Source of the DNA: an uncultured Planctomycetota bacterium
GTDB lineage: Bacteria > Planctomycetota > J058
DNA length: 51,289 nucleotides
Direction: 5' to 3'
NCBI GenBank assembly: GCA_964569055.1
Contig: CAZMSZ010000005.1
Coordinates: forward strand, 1 to 51,289
In this document: in pieces, positions 32,948 to 41,854 of the stretch
Layout: the number at the start of each line of letters is the position of its first letter
How positions within the stretch are numbered: the first letter of the stretch is position 1
The notes under the pieces: model-generated
Seen by the model: only the letters and a program-made list of their open reading frames with translations
Told to the model about the DNA's origin: nothing
Databases searched by the model: none
Made by a program: the position numbers and the translations under genes

Positions 32948-33433
32948 ATGCTCGAGCCGATCCTCCCCTACGCCGTCCAGGCCGGTCAGCTCTCGCTCGA
33001 GGCGTTCGCCGAGCGGTTCCCCGATCCGGTGCTGGTGTTCGAGCCGTTCGCCGAGGGCGAGGCGGGCACGTTCGAGACCGTCGGCGGGAGCGGCGGGCCC
33101 GGCGGCGGCACGCGGCAGGTGGGCGTGCTGCGCAAGCGGCCGGAGGCGAACGCGTTCGCCATGATGATCACGATCGGCCGCGCCCGGAACAACGACATTC
33201 AGCTGCTGGCGCAAGGCGTCTCGAAGTTCCACGCCTACGTGACCTACAAGGAGGGCGTCCCCACGCTCGTCGACGCAGGCTCGACGCTCGGCACGTACGA
33301 GGGAGGGCGGCGGCTGCCGCCCCGCGGCGAGCCGGTCGCGCTGCGCGACGGCGCGGAGCTGCGCTTCGGCACGGTCGTCGCGACCTTCCTCAGGCCGCCC
33401 GCGCTGCACGCCTACCTCAACGCGCTCGGCTGA
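32948..33433 (+). CDS. FHA-domain protein
   Basis: ITIGRARNNDI...VSKFHA...LVDAGSTLGT...LRDGAELRFG. Confidence 0.9.
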   Translation: MLEPILPYAVQAGQLSLEAFAERFPDPVLVFEPFAEGEAGTFETVGGSGGPGGGTRQVGVLRKRPEANAFAMMITIGRARNNDIQLLAQGVSKFHAYVTYKEGVPTLVDAGSTLGTYEGGRRLPPRGEPVALRDGAELRFGTVVATFLRPPALHAYLNALG

Positions 33434-33725
33434 GGCAGCCCGCCCGCTCGAGCTGATCGAGGAAGCGGTCGAGGTCGCCCGCGGCGCGCGCCTCGTCGAC
33501 CGCGAAGCTCGCGAGCAGCGCGGCGAGGAGCTCGCGGCGCGTGCGCGGGCGCGCCAGCTCCTCCCACAGGAAGCTCGCCACCGGGCCGTCGAGCAAGAAC
33601 AGCATCACGCCCGGCGGAGCGCCGCCGACCCGCGGCACGAGCAGGTCGCGCGCGCCCGCGGCCCGGCGGACGTAGCGGTCGTCGCGTCGGAAGGTGGCGT
33701 CGTCGAGCTCGAGCGGGGGGGTCAT
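33417..33725 (-). CDS. Stand-alone PqqD-family protein (RiPP recognition element)
   Basis: YVRRAAGARDLLVP...FLLDGPVASFLWEEL...LLASFAVDEARAAGDLDRFLDQLERAGCL. Confidence 0.88.
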   Translation of the reverse strand: MTPPLELDDATFRRDDRYVRRAAGARDLLVPRVGGAPPGVMLFLLDGPVASFLWEELARPRTRRELLAALLASFAVDEARAAGDLDRFLDQLERAGCLSRAR

Positions 33726-33763
33726 GGCCCTGGAGCGTAGCGCGCCCGCCCGCGGAGGTCACC

Positions 33764-33792
33764 TTGACTCGGCCCGGCCGACCCGCCACCAT
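33764..33792 (+). promoter_or_regulatory. Putative sigma-70-type promoter of the transporter operon
   Basis: TTGACT-N17-CACCAT, about 30 nt upstream of CTG 33822. Confidence 0.5.
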
Positions 33793-33821
33793 TCCTCTCG
33801 CCTGGGGCGGGGGGGAGCTGC

Positions 33822-34343
33822 CTGAAGAAGATCCTCTACATCCTGGCGAAGCTCCAGGAGCGCGACCTCGACTGGCTCGTCGCCAACGGCGCGCGCGAGC
33901 GGGTCCCGCCGCGCAAGGTGCTCATCACCGAGGGGCAGCCGCTCGAGGCCCTGTACGTGGTGCTCGAGGGCAGGCTGCGGGTGCGCGTCGGCGACACCGA
34001 GCTCGCCGAGCTCGGCCCCGGCGAGGTGGTGGGCGAGCTGTCGCTGCTCGACGCGCGGCCGCCCGCGGCCACGGTCGAGACCGGGGCCGAGGAGGCGCTC
34101 GTCCTCTCGGTACCCCGCTCGTTCCTGCAGCGCCGCCTCCTGACCGACGAGGGCTTCGCGGCGCGCTTCTATCACGCGGTCGGGTTGTTCCTCGCCGAGC
34201 GCCTCCGCGCCACCGTGCTCCGCCTCGGCTACGGCGACGGCGAGCGGGCGACGCTCGACGAGCTCGACGAGGAGCAGCTCGACCAGGCCACGCTCGCCGG
34301 CAGCCGCTTCGACTGGCTGCTGCAGCGGCTCCGCGGGCGCTGA
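33822..34343 (+). CDS. Stand-alone cyclic-nucleotide-binding protein (probable CTG start)
   Basis: (M)KKILYILAKLQERDLDWL...LITEG..LYVVLEG..LGPGEVVGELSLLDARPPAATV; GGAG upstream; in-frame TGA at 33765 and no ATG/GTG/TTG until 33918. Confidence 0.85.
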   Translation: MKKILYILAKLQERDLDWLVANGARERVPPRKVLITEGQPLEALYVVLEGRLRVRVGDTELAELGPGEVVGELSLLDARPPAATVETGAEEALVLSVPRSFLQRRLLTDEGFAARFYHAVGLFLAERLRATVLRLGYGDGERATLDELDEEQLDQATLAGSRFDWLLQRLRGR

Positions 34344-34351
34344 GGACGCGC

Positions 34352-35827
34352 TTGGCGAAGCACGAGCCCACCCAGGACGGCCCCTCCGCGGCGGAGCGCT
34401 CGCGCCCGAGCCGGATCTTCCGGCGCGCGTCGCTCGAGCGGCTCAACTCGCCCGAGCGCCTCGACGAGCTGATGGGCGTGATCGGGCCGCAGTCGTGGAT
34501 CGCGCTGGGCGGCCTGGCGCTGGTGGTGGCGGCCGGGCTGGCCTGGGCCGTGCTCGGGCGGGTGCCGGTCACGATCGAGGCGCGGGGGGTGCTCGTGCAC
34601 CCGCGGCGGGTGGTGGACGTGCAGGCGCCGCGCGACGGGACGCTGGGCGGCCTGCGCCTGACGCCGGGCGCGACCGTGGCCGAGGGGGACGTGCTCGCCA
34701 CGCTCGACCGGCCGCTGCTGCGCCACCAGCTCCAGCTCCGGCGCGAGGAGCTCGAGCTGCGGCGCGAGCGGCTGCGGGTCAGCGCGCCGCTGCACGCGCG
34801 GCGCGTGGAGCTCGAGCGCGCCGCGCTCGAGCGCGAGCGCGCCGCGCTGCGCCGGCGGATCGAGGAGTCGCGCGCTCAGGCCGACCGGATCCTCGACGCC
34901 AACGAGGAGACGCGCGAGGAGCGCCGCCGCGGGATCGAGCGGCAGCTCGAGCTGTTCCGCGGGCTCAACGAGCGGCTGCAGGCGCGCGTGAAGGACTACA
35001 CGGCGCTCGAGGAGCGCGGCGTGATCAACAAGCACGTCGTGCTGCAGGTCGAGCAGGCGCTCCTCAACGGGCTGCTCACCGTGCAGGAGCTCGAGGCCCG
35101 CCTGCAGGCGCTCACCGTCGAGGCGATCGGGGACCAGGCCGAGGACCTGCGCCGGCGCCACGCGATCATCGAGCTCGAGACGCAGCTGCAGGCGCTCGAC
35201 GCGCGCGAAGGGCGACTCACCGAGGAGACCAGCCGGTTCGCCTTCGAGGAGGAGGAGCCGGTCCGCGCGCTGGAGCGCGAGGTGGCGCGCCTCGAGGAGC
35301 AGCTGGGGCAGGAGAGCCTGGTGCGCAGCCCCCACGCCGGGCGGGTGATCGAGGTGCTCGCCGCGGCGGGGCAGGTCGTCAGCCCCGGCGACCGCCTGGC
35401 CGTGCTCGAGGTGCAGGACGTCGAGCGGCCGCTCGTGAGCCTGAGCTGCTTCGCGCTCAAGGACGGCAAGCGGGCGCGCGAGGGGCTGACCCTGCAGGTC
35501 TCGCCCGAGAACGTGGAGCGCGAGCGCTACGGGGCGGCGCTGGGGCGCGTGACGCGCGTCGCGGCCTTCCCGAGCACGCTCGAGGAGGTGAGCCGGCTGG
35601 TGGGCAACGAGGAGCTCGCCCGGGCGCTGGTCCCCGCCGGCGGCTGCATCGTGGTCTACGGCGAGCTGACGCCCGACCCCGCCGCGCCCAGCGGCTTCGC
35701 CTGGTCCTCCTCGCGCGGGCCCGACCTGCGCCTCACCCCGGGGACGCCGACCCGCACGCGCCTGGTGGTCGAGGAGCGCTCCCCGCTGAGCTTCGTGCTC
35801 CCCGGGCTGGACGCGACGCGCCGATGA
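34352..35827 (+). CDS. NHLM/NHLP bacteriocin system secretion protein (HlyD-like membrane fusion protein)
   Basis: IFRRASLERLNSPERLDELM, TM, GRVPVTIEARGVL, coiled coil, RSPHAGRV, SGFAWSSSRGP; TTG start after gagga. Confidence 0.92.
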   Translation: MAKHEPTQDGPSAAERSRPSRIFRRASLERLNSPERLDELMGVIGPQSWIALGGLALVVAAGLAWAVLGRVPVTIEARGVLVHPRRVVDVQAPRDGTLGGLRLTPGATVAEGDVLATLDRPLLRHQLQLRREELELRRERLRVSAPLHARRVELERAALERERAALRRRIEESRAQADRILDANEETREERRRGIERQLELFRGLNERLQARVKDYTALEERGVINKHVVLQVEQALLNGLLTVQELEARLQALTVEAIGDQAEDLRRRHAIIELETQLQALDAREGRLTEETSRFAFEEEEPVRALEREVARLEEQLGQESLVRSPHAGRVIEVLAAAGQVVSPGDRLAVLEVQDVERPLVSLSCFALKDGKRAREGLTLQVSPENVERERYGAALGRVTRVAAFPSTLEEVSRLVGNEELARALVPAGGCIVVYGELTPDPAAPSGFAWSSSRGPDLRLTPGTPTRTRLVVEERSPLSFVLPGLDATRR

Positions 35828-38049
35828 GCGCGGCCAGCCCGCGGCGGGTCCGCACCCCGGTCCGCCTGCAGATGGAGGCGGTCGAGTGCGGCGCCGCCTG
35901 CCTGGGGATCGTGCTCGCGCACCACGGCCGCTGGGTGCCGCTCCCCGTGCTGCGCCGGGAGTGCGGCGTGTCGCGCGACGGCAGCAAGGCGAGCAACGTG
36001 CTCAAGGCGGCCCGCCAGTTCGGGCTCGAGGCGCGCGGGTTCAAGAAGGGCCTCGAGGAGCTGCGGACCCTCCCGCTGCCGGCCGTCCTGTTCTGGAACT
36101 TCAATCACTTCGTCGTGCTGGAGGGCTTCGGCAAGGACCGCGCCTACCTCAACGACCCGGCGAGCGGGCACCGGACCGTCACGCTCGGCGAGCTCGACGA
36201 GTGCTTCACCGGGGTCGTGCTGACCTTCGTGCCCGGGCCGGAGTTCACCCCGGGCGGGCGGCCGCCCAGCGTGGTGGCCGCCCTGCGGCGCAGCCTGGGC
36301 GGGTCGCGCCGCGCGCTCGCGTTCTGCGTGCTGGCCGGGCTCCTGCTCGTCACCCCGGGGCTGGCGCTCCCCGTGCTCACGCAGGCGTTCGTGGACCACG
36401 TGCTCGTGCAGGGGCGGACCGACTGGCTCGCGCCGCTGCTCGGGATCATGGCGGGCGCGGTGGCGCTGCAGGCGCTCTTGCAGCTCCTGCAGGTGCACCA
36501 CCTGCGCGGGCTGCGCCTGGAGCTCGCGATCCGCGCCTCGGCCGGGTTCCTCCAGCACGTGCTGCGCCTGCCGGCCAGCTACTTCGCGCAGCGCTACAGC
36601 GGCGAGCTCGCGGGCCGCCTGGCGCTCAACGACCGGGTGGCGCGCGTGCTCTCCACCCAGCTCGCGCAGGTCGGGATCGACGGCGTGATGCTGGTGTTCT
36701 ACGCCGGCCTCATGCTGTGGTACGACCCCGTCCTGGCGGGCGTGGGCGTGGCCGCCGCGCTGATCAACGTGCTGACCCTCGACCTCGTGGCGCGCAGCCG
36801 GACCACCGCGAACATGCGCCTGCTGCAGGAGCGCGGCAAGCTCGGCGGGGTGGCGGTCGCCGGGCTGCAGGGCATGGAGACCCTCAAGGCGGGGGCCGAG
36901 GAGGCGGGCTTCTTCGCGCGCTGGGCGGGGCACCACGCCAAGCTGGTCAACGCCCAGCAGGAGCTGGCCCTCGCCGATCAGGCCCTGGGGACGGTGCCGG
37001 CCCTGCTCTCGAGCTTCACCGCCGCGCTGGTCCTGTGCCTGGGCGGCGTGCGGGTCATGGACGGCGCGCTCACGATCGGCATGCTCGTGGCGTTCCAGCT
37101 CGTGCTGGCGCGGTTCCAGCGCCCCGTCACGACCCTGCTCGAGCTGGGCAGCACGGTGCAGGTGCTGCGCGGGGACCTCGAGCGGCTCGACGACGTGCTC
37201 GAGCACCCGCTCGACCCGCTCCCCGAGGCGCAGGCCGCCGCGGCCGACGCGGCGGGCGACGGGACGGTCCGGCTGGAGGGCTACCTCGAGCTCGAGGACG
37301 TGACCTTCGGCTACAGCCCGGTCTCGCCGCCGCTGATCGAGGGCCTCTCGCTGCGGGTGACGCCGGGCCAGCGCGTGGCGCTCGTGGGCGGGAGCGGCTC
37401 GGGCAAGTCCACGGTCGCCAAGCTGGTGTGCGGGCTGTATCGCCCCTGGTCGGGGACGATCCGGCTGGACGGCCGGCCGCTCGAGGAGGTCCCGCGGCAG
37501 GTGTTCGCCAACTCGGTCGCGATGGTCGAGCAGGACCTGTTCTTCTTCGGCGGGACGGTGCGCGACAACGTGACCCTGTGGGACGCGGCGATCGAGGACG
37601 AGGGGCTGGAGCGTGCCTGCCGCGACGCGCACATCCACGACGTGATCCTGACCCTGCCGGGCGGCTACGGCGCCGAGCTGCTGGAGGGGGCCGCCAACCT
37701 CAGCGGCGGGCAGCGCCAGCGGCTCGAGATCGCGCGCGCGCTGGTGGAGGACCCGGCGATCTTGATCCTGGACGAGGCCACCTCGGCCCTCGACGCGGAG
37801 ACGGAGCGGCGAATCGACCGCAGCCTGCGCCTGCGCGGCTGCACCTGCCTGGTGATCGCGCATCGCCTCAGCACGATCCGCGACTGCGACGAGATCGTCG
37901 TGCTCGACGAGGGGAAGGTGGTGCAGCGCGGCACGTTCGAGGCGCTGGTCGCGCAGGGCGGGCCGTTCGCCGAGCTCGTGCGGCAAGGCGAGGGGGAGCT
38001 CGCGCTGGGCGCGGCGGGGCGCGCCGAACAGGACGCCGGCCATGCCTGA
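35824..38049 (+). CDS. NHLM-type ABC transporter with C39 peptidase domain (PCAT)
   Basis: RTPVRLQMEAVECGAACL, CGVSRDGSKA, FWNFNHFVV, LNDPA; GGSGSGKST, NLSGGQRQR, ILDEATSALD; ATGA overlap. Confidence 0.96.
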   Translation: MSAASPRRVRTPVRLQMEAVECGAACLGIVLAHHGRWVPLPVLRRECGVSRDGSKASNVLKAARQFGLEARGFKKGLEELRTLPLPAVLFWNFNHFVVLEGFGKDRAYLNDPASGHRTVTLGELDECFTGVVLTFVPGPEFTPGGRPPSVVAALRRSLGGSRRALAFCVLAGLLLVTPGLALPVLTQAFVDHVLVQGRTDWLAPLLGIMAGAVALQALLQLLQVHHLRGLRLELAIRASAGFLQHVLRLPASYFAQRYSGELAGRLALNDRVARVLSTQLAQVGIDGVMLVFYAGLMLWYDPVLAGVGVAAALINVLTLDLVARSRTTANMRLLQERGKLGGVAVAGLQGMETLKAGAEEAGFFARWAGHHAKLVNAQQELALADQALGTVPALLSSFTAALVLCLGGVRVMDGALTIGMLVAFQLVLARFQRPVTTLLELGSTVQVLRGDLERLDDVLEHPLDPLPEAQAAAADAAGDGTVRLEGYLELEDVTFGYSPVSPPLIEGLSLRVTPGQRVALVGGSGSGKSTVAKLVCGLYRPWSGTIRLDGRPLEEVPRQVFANSVAMVEQDLFFFGGTVRDNVTLWDAAIEDEGLERACRDAHIHDVILTLPGGYGAELLEGAANLSGGQRQRLEIARALVEDPAILILDEATSALDAETERRIDRSLRLRGCTCLVIAHRLSTIRDCDEIVVLDEGKVVQRGTFEALVAQGGPFAELVRQGEGELALGAAGRAEQDAGHA

Positions 38050-40663
38050 GTCGCGCCGGCTGGCGGGCAACGAGCCGCTGCCGCTCGCGCCGCAGGGCGC
38101 GTGCTGGCGGGTCGAGGCGGGCTGCCTGGCGCTGTTCTCGGTGGCGCAGCGCGACGGCCACCCCTGGGGCGCGCGCAGCTACCTGTTCACCGTCGAGGCC
38201 GGCGCCGCGGTGTTCGGGCTCCCGAGCGACGTCGACGACGCCGAGCGCTCGGTCCTGGCCGTCCCGCTCGAGGCGGCCGAGGTGGTGGAGACCACGCTGC
38301 TCGACCTGCCGCGCGAGGAGGGGCGGGCGCTGTTCGAGGCCTGGGCGCGGCGCTGGGCCACCTGCCTCGACGTGGCCCCGCCGGTCGCGGCGTCCGGGCG
38401 GGGCTGGCTCTCGGCCACGCCGGCCTTCCACCGCTGGGTGCTCGCGGCGCTGGAGCGACGGGCGGAGCGGGAGCACGCCGCCGAGGTCCGGCAGGTCACC
38501 ACGCGCAGCCGGCGCACCACCGAGTCGGCGCGGATCGCGGTGGCCGCGCTCAGCGCGGTCCTGCAGCGCTCCGGCGCCGGCGCGCCCGCCGTGGGGGACG
38601 CCCTGTACCGCGCGGCGTTCGCGGTCAGCGCCCACCTCGGGACCGAGCTGCGGCCGCTGCCGCAGTCCGTCGACCCGGCCCGGATCCGCGACCCGCTCGA
38701 GTCGCTCGCCCGCGCCTCGCGGCTGCGCGTACGGCGGGTCCTCCTGCGCGAGGCGTGGTGGCGGCGCGACTGCGGCCCGCTGCTCGCCTACCGCGGGCCC
38801 GACGAGCTGCCGGTCGCGCTGCTGCCGCGGCCCGGCGGCGGCTACGAGCTGTTCGACCCCACGGCGGAGGAGCGCCGCCCGCTCGACGAGGAGCTCGCCG
38901 TCGAGCTCGACCCGGTGGCGCGGAGCTTCTACCGCCCGTTCCCGGAGGGGCCGCTCGGCGCCCGCGACGTGCTCCGCTTCGCCCTCAGCGGCCGCGCCCG
39001 GGACATCGCCGGCCTGCTGGCGAGCGCGCTCGCGGTCACGCTGCTCGCCATGACCCTCCCGATCGCCACCGGGGTGGTGATCGACGTGGCGATCCCCACG
39101 GCGGACCGCGCCCTGCTGGCGCAGGTGCTGGGGGGCCTGCTCGCGGCCGCCCTCGGCGCGGGCATGTTCCGCCTCTCCTCGGGGCTCCTGCTGGCGCGCG
39201 CCGAGGCCCGCGCCGACGCCGACACCCAGGCGGCGGTGTGGGACCGCCTGCTCCGGCTGCGGCCCGACTTCTTCCGCGGCTTCACGGTCGGCGACCTCCA
39301 GGCGCGGCTCGGCGCGATCGGGCAGATCCGCAGCCTGCTCAGCGGCACCACGCTCCGCACGGCGCTGGCCTCGGCGCTGGCCTCGCTCAACCTCGTGCTG
39401 CTGGTGGCGATCAGCCCGCCGCTGGCGCTGATCGCGGTCGCGGCCGCGCTGGTCAGCGGCGCCGCCACGGCGCTCGCCTGCGTGGCCCTCGTGCGCGCCG
39501 AGCGCCGGGCGCAGCGGCTGCAGGGCGAGCTGTTCGGCGCCGTGGTGCAGATCGTGCAGGGGATCACCAAGCTGCGCGTGCGCGCGGCCGAGGAGCGGGC
39601 GTTCCTGTTCTGGGCCAAGCGCTACAGCGAGCAGCAGGAGCTGGTGCTCGAGACGCAGCGGCTGCGGGACGCGCTGGCGGTGCTGAACACCGCGCTGTGG
39701 GCGGCGAGCCTGATGGTCCTGTTCGCGGCCGCGACCGAGCTGCTCGAGCGGCCCGGCGGCGGCCTGTCGACCGGCGAGTTCCTGGCGTTCAGCGCCGCCT
39801 ACGGCGCGTTCCTGGGCGGCGTCACGCATCTCGCCGGGGTCCTGCCCGACCTCGCGGTGGTGCCGGTGCTCGAGGAGCGCGCCCGGCCGATCCTCACGGC
39901 CGAGCCGGAGGTCTCGCTCCTCAAGGCCGACCCCGGCCGGCTGCGCGGCCGGCTGGAGCTGCAGCGGGTCGTGTTCCGCTACCGGCACGACGGCCCGCTG
40001 GTGCTGCACGACGTGAGCCTCGCGGTCGAGCCCGGCGAGATGGTGGCGCTGGTCGGCCCCTCGGGGAGCGGCAAGTCGACGCTGCTGCGCCTCCTGCTCG
40101 GGTTCGAGCTGCCCGAGTCGGGGGCGGTGCTCGTGGACGGTCAGGACCTGCGCGGGCTCGACATGCAGGCCGTGCGCCAGCAGCTCGGGGTCGTGCTCCA
40201 GGCCGGCCGGATCGGCGCCGGCTCGATCTTCGAGACCGTGGCCGGCGGGGCGCGCGTGACCCTGAGCGAGGTCGAGGAGGCGCTCCGCATGGCCGGCCTG
40301 GCGGAGGACGTGCGGCGCATGCCCATGGGCGTCCACACCGTGATCAGCGAGGGCGGCATGAACCTCTCGGGCGGCCAGCGCCAGCGGCTGCTGATCGCGC
40401 GCGCCCTGGTGCGTCGCCCGGCCGTGCTGCTGTTCGACGAGGCGACGAGCGCGCTCGACAACCGGACTCAGGCGATCGTGACCGAGAGCCTCGAGCGCCT
40501 CGCCGTCACGCGCGTTGTGATCGCGCACCGCCTGAGCACGATCCGCAGCGCCGACCGGGTCGTGGTGATCGATCAGGGGCGCGTCGTCGAGGAGGGCGAG
40601 TTCGACGCCCTGATGGCCCGCGGCGGCCTGTTCGCGCGGTTGATGCGCCGGCAGATGGCCTGA
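38042..40663 (+). CDS. NHLM-type ABC transporter ATP-binding/permease subunit without peptidase
   Basis: RRVLLREAWWRRDCGPLL, FYRPFP, QAAVWDRLLRL, GPSGSGKST, LSGGQRQR, FDEATSALDNRTQ. Confidence 0.96.
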   Translation: MPESRRLAGNEPLPLAPQGACWRVEAGCLALFSVAQRDGHPWGARSYLFTVEAGAAVFGLPSDVDDAERSVLAVPLEAAEVVETTLLDLPREEGRALFEAWARRWATCLDVAPPVAASGRGWLSATPAFHRWVLAALERRAEREHAAEVRQVTTRSRRTTESARIAVAALSAVLQRSGAGAPAVGDALYRAAFAVSAHLGTELRPLPQSVDPARIRDPLESLARASRLRVRRVLLREAWWRRDCGPLLAYRGPDELPVALLPRPGGGYELFDPTAEERRPLDEELAVELDPVARSFYRPFPEGPLGARDVLRFALSGRARDIAGLLASALAVTLLAMTLPIATGVVIDVAIPTADRALLAQVLGGLLAAALGAGMFRLSSGLLLARAEARADADTQAAVWDRLLRLRPDFFRGFTVGDLQARLGAIGQIRSLLSGTTLRTALASALASLNLVLLVAISPPLALIAVAAALVSGAATALACVALVRAERRAQRLQGELFGAVVQIVQGITKLRVRAAEERAFLFWAKRYSEQQELVLETQRLRDALAVLNTALWAASLMVLFAAATELLERPGGGLSTGEFLAFSAAYGAFLGGVTHLAGVLPDLAVVPVLEERARPILTAEPEVSLLKADPGRLRGRLELQRVVFRYRHDGPLVLHDVSLAVEPGEMVALVGPSGSGKSTLLRLLLGFELPESGAVLVDGQDLRGLDMQAVRQQLGVVLQAGRIGAGSIFETVAGGARVTLSEVEEALRMAGLAEDVRRMPMGVHTVISEGGMNLSGGQRQRLLIARALVRRPAVLLFDEATSALDNRTQAIVTESLERLAVTRVVIAHRLSTIRSADRVVVIDQGRVVEEGEFDALMARGGLFARLMRRQMA

Positions 40664-40789
40664 GGGCGTCCAGGTCCACGTGACGCCGTTGTCGTAGCTA
40701 GAGTTGGAGCCGGCTGCGAATCCGCCCTGGCAGCGCGGCGTCGGCCACGCCATGGTTGACGAGGACCACGAGAGCCCGAGGGAGGGAGC

Positions 40790-40999
40790 ATGAAGGACGA
40801 GCAGCAGGGCGAGCTGAGCGAGCAGGACCTCGAAGCGGTCGCGGGCGGCGGCGGCCCGCCGTGCCTCTCGATCACGCCCGGCGCGGGTCAGCCGCCCGAC
40901 CGCGAGTTCTGCGACGGCAGCGACGACGGCCACCCCGGGCCGAACATCACGATCAACCGCGCCGACGGGACGACCTTCGACCCGCACGACCGGAGCTGA
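40790..40999 (+). CDS. Double-glycine-leader precursor peptide, 69 aa
   Basis: MKDEQQGELSEQDLEAVAGG leader plus 49-aa core with 2 Cys; strong SD gagggagggag; directly downstream of the C39 transporter. Confidence 0.88.
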   Translation: MKDEQQGELSEQDLEAVAGGGGPPCLSITPGAGQPPDREFCDGSDDGHPGPNITINRADGTTFDPHDRS

Positions 41000-41021
41000 C
41001 GAGGGTCCGACCGCACGACGA

Positions 41022-41061
41022 CGGGCCAGGAGCGCGCCTCCTGGCCCGCGTTCGTTGGTTT
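41022..41061 (+). terminator. Probable intrinsic terminator after the precursor gene
   Basis: cgggccaggag-cgcgc-ctcctggcccg (11-bp stem) followed by cgttcgttggttt. Confidence 0.6.
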
Positions 41062-41176
41062 ACGAGCGCTCCCGCGGACCCCGGTTGATGTGCGGGCCCC
41101 TCGCGGCTCAAATCGAGCCCGGCCTTACATTCGAACCCAACGACCAACATGAGGAAGAAAGCACGAGGGGGACCCA

Positions 41177-41737
41177 ATGCCGCTGAAGATCGCTCCAACC
41201 CAGGCCAAGCCCGGAGAACCGTTCACCATCGTCGACACGCCCGACGGGCGCCTCGTCGACGGGAGCGTGGCCGTGTTCCGGCTGGCGACGGGCGCCATGA
41301 TCGAGGCCTCGCTCCGCACGCACAACCCGCACAAGACGGCGCAGGGCCGCCTGCCGCTCTCCATTCCGGGCGGCGAGTACTCGGTGGCCGTGCGCCTGCC
41401 CAGCGGTGAGGAGCTCGCGCTCGGTTCGTTCACCGTGCTCGCCGAGGCGCCGACCGAGGCGACCATCTCGCCCGCCCAGGGGCCGGTCGGCACGAGCTTC
41501 ACGATCAGCGATCCGGAGGCTCGGATCGAGAGCGGCGACCGGGCGATCTTCTATCAGGAAGGGACCGATCCGGAGTTCGGCGTCCAGGCCGACGAGATCG
41601 CGGTCAGCGCCGACGGCATGACGCTCAGCGCGCGCGTGCCGAGCGCCCCGAGCGCGCAGTACTTCATCGCCGTGCGGCCCTCGGCCACGCTGCCCTCGCG
41701 GTTCGGCGACCTGCCGTTCTTCGTGACCGCGAGCTGA
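41177..41737 (+). CDS. Hypothetical protein of two tandem IPT/TIG-like beta-sandwich domains
   Basis: IAPTQAKPGEPFTIVD / ISPAQGPVGTSFTISD internal repeat; SD gagggg; no signal peptide seen. Confidence 0.7.
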   Translation: MPLKIAPTQAKPGEPFTIVDTPDGRLVDGSVAVFRLATGAMIEASLRTHNPHKTAQGRLPLSIPGGEYSVAVRLPSGEELALGSFTVLAEAPTEATISPAQGPVGTSFTISDPEARIESGDRAIFYQEGTDPEFGVQADEIAVSADGMTLSARVPSAPSAQYFIAVRPSATLPSRFGDLPFFVTAS

Positions 41738-41854
41738 TCCGAGGCGCCGCGCCGGGCTCCCCACGCCGTCCTGGCGGGGGAGCCCCGGCGATCGGGTTGC
41801 GGTCGGGCCGGAGCCCTGCCATGGTGCAGGTGCCCGTGGACGAGGGGCGGGGAC

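Noticed and set aside
31237-33725. PQQ biosynthesis (pqqE/pqqD)
   Set aside because: No pqqB or pqqC, and the peptide lacks the E-x3-Y core of PqqA.
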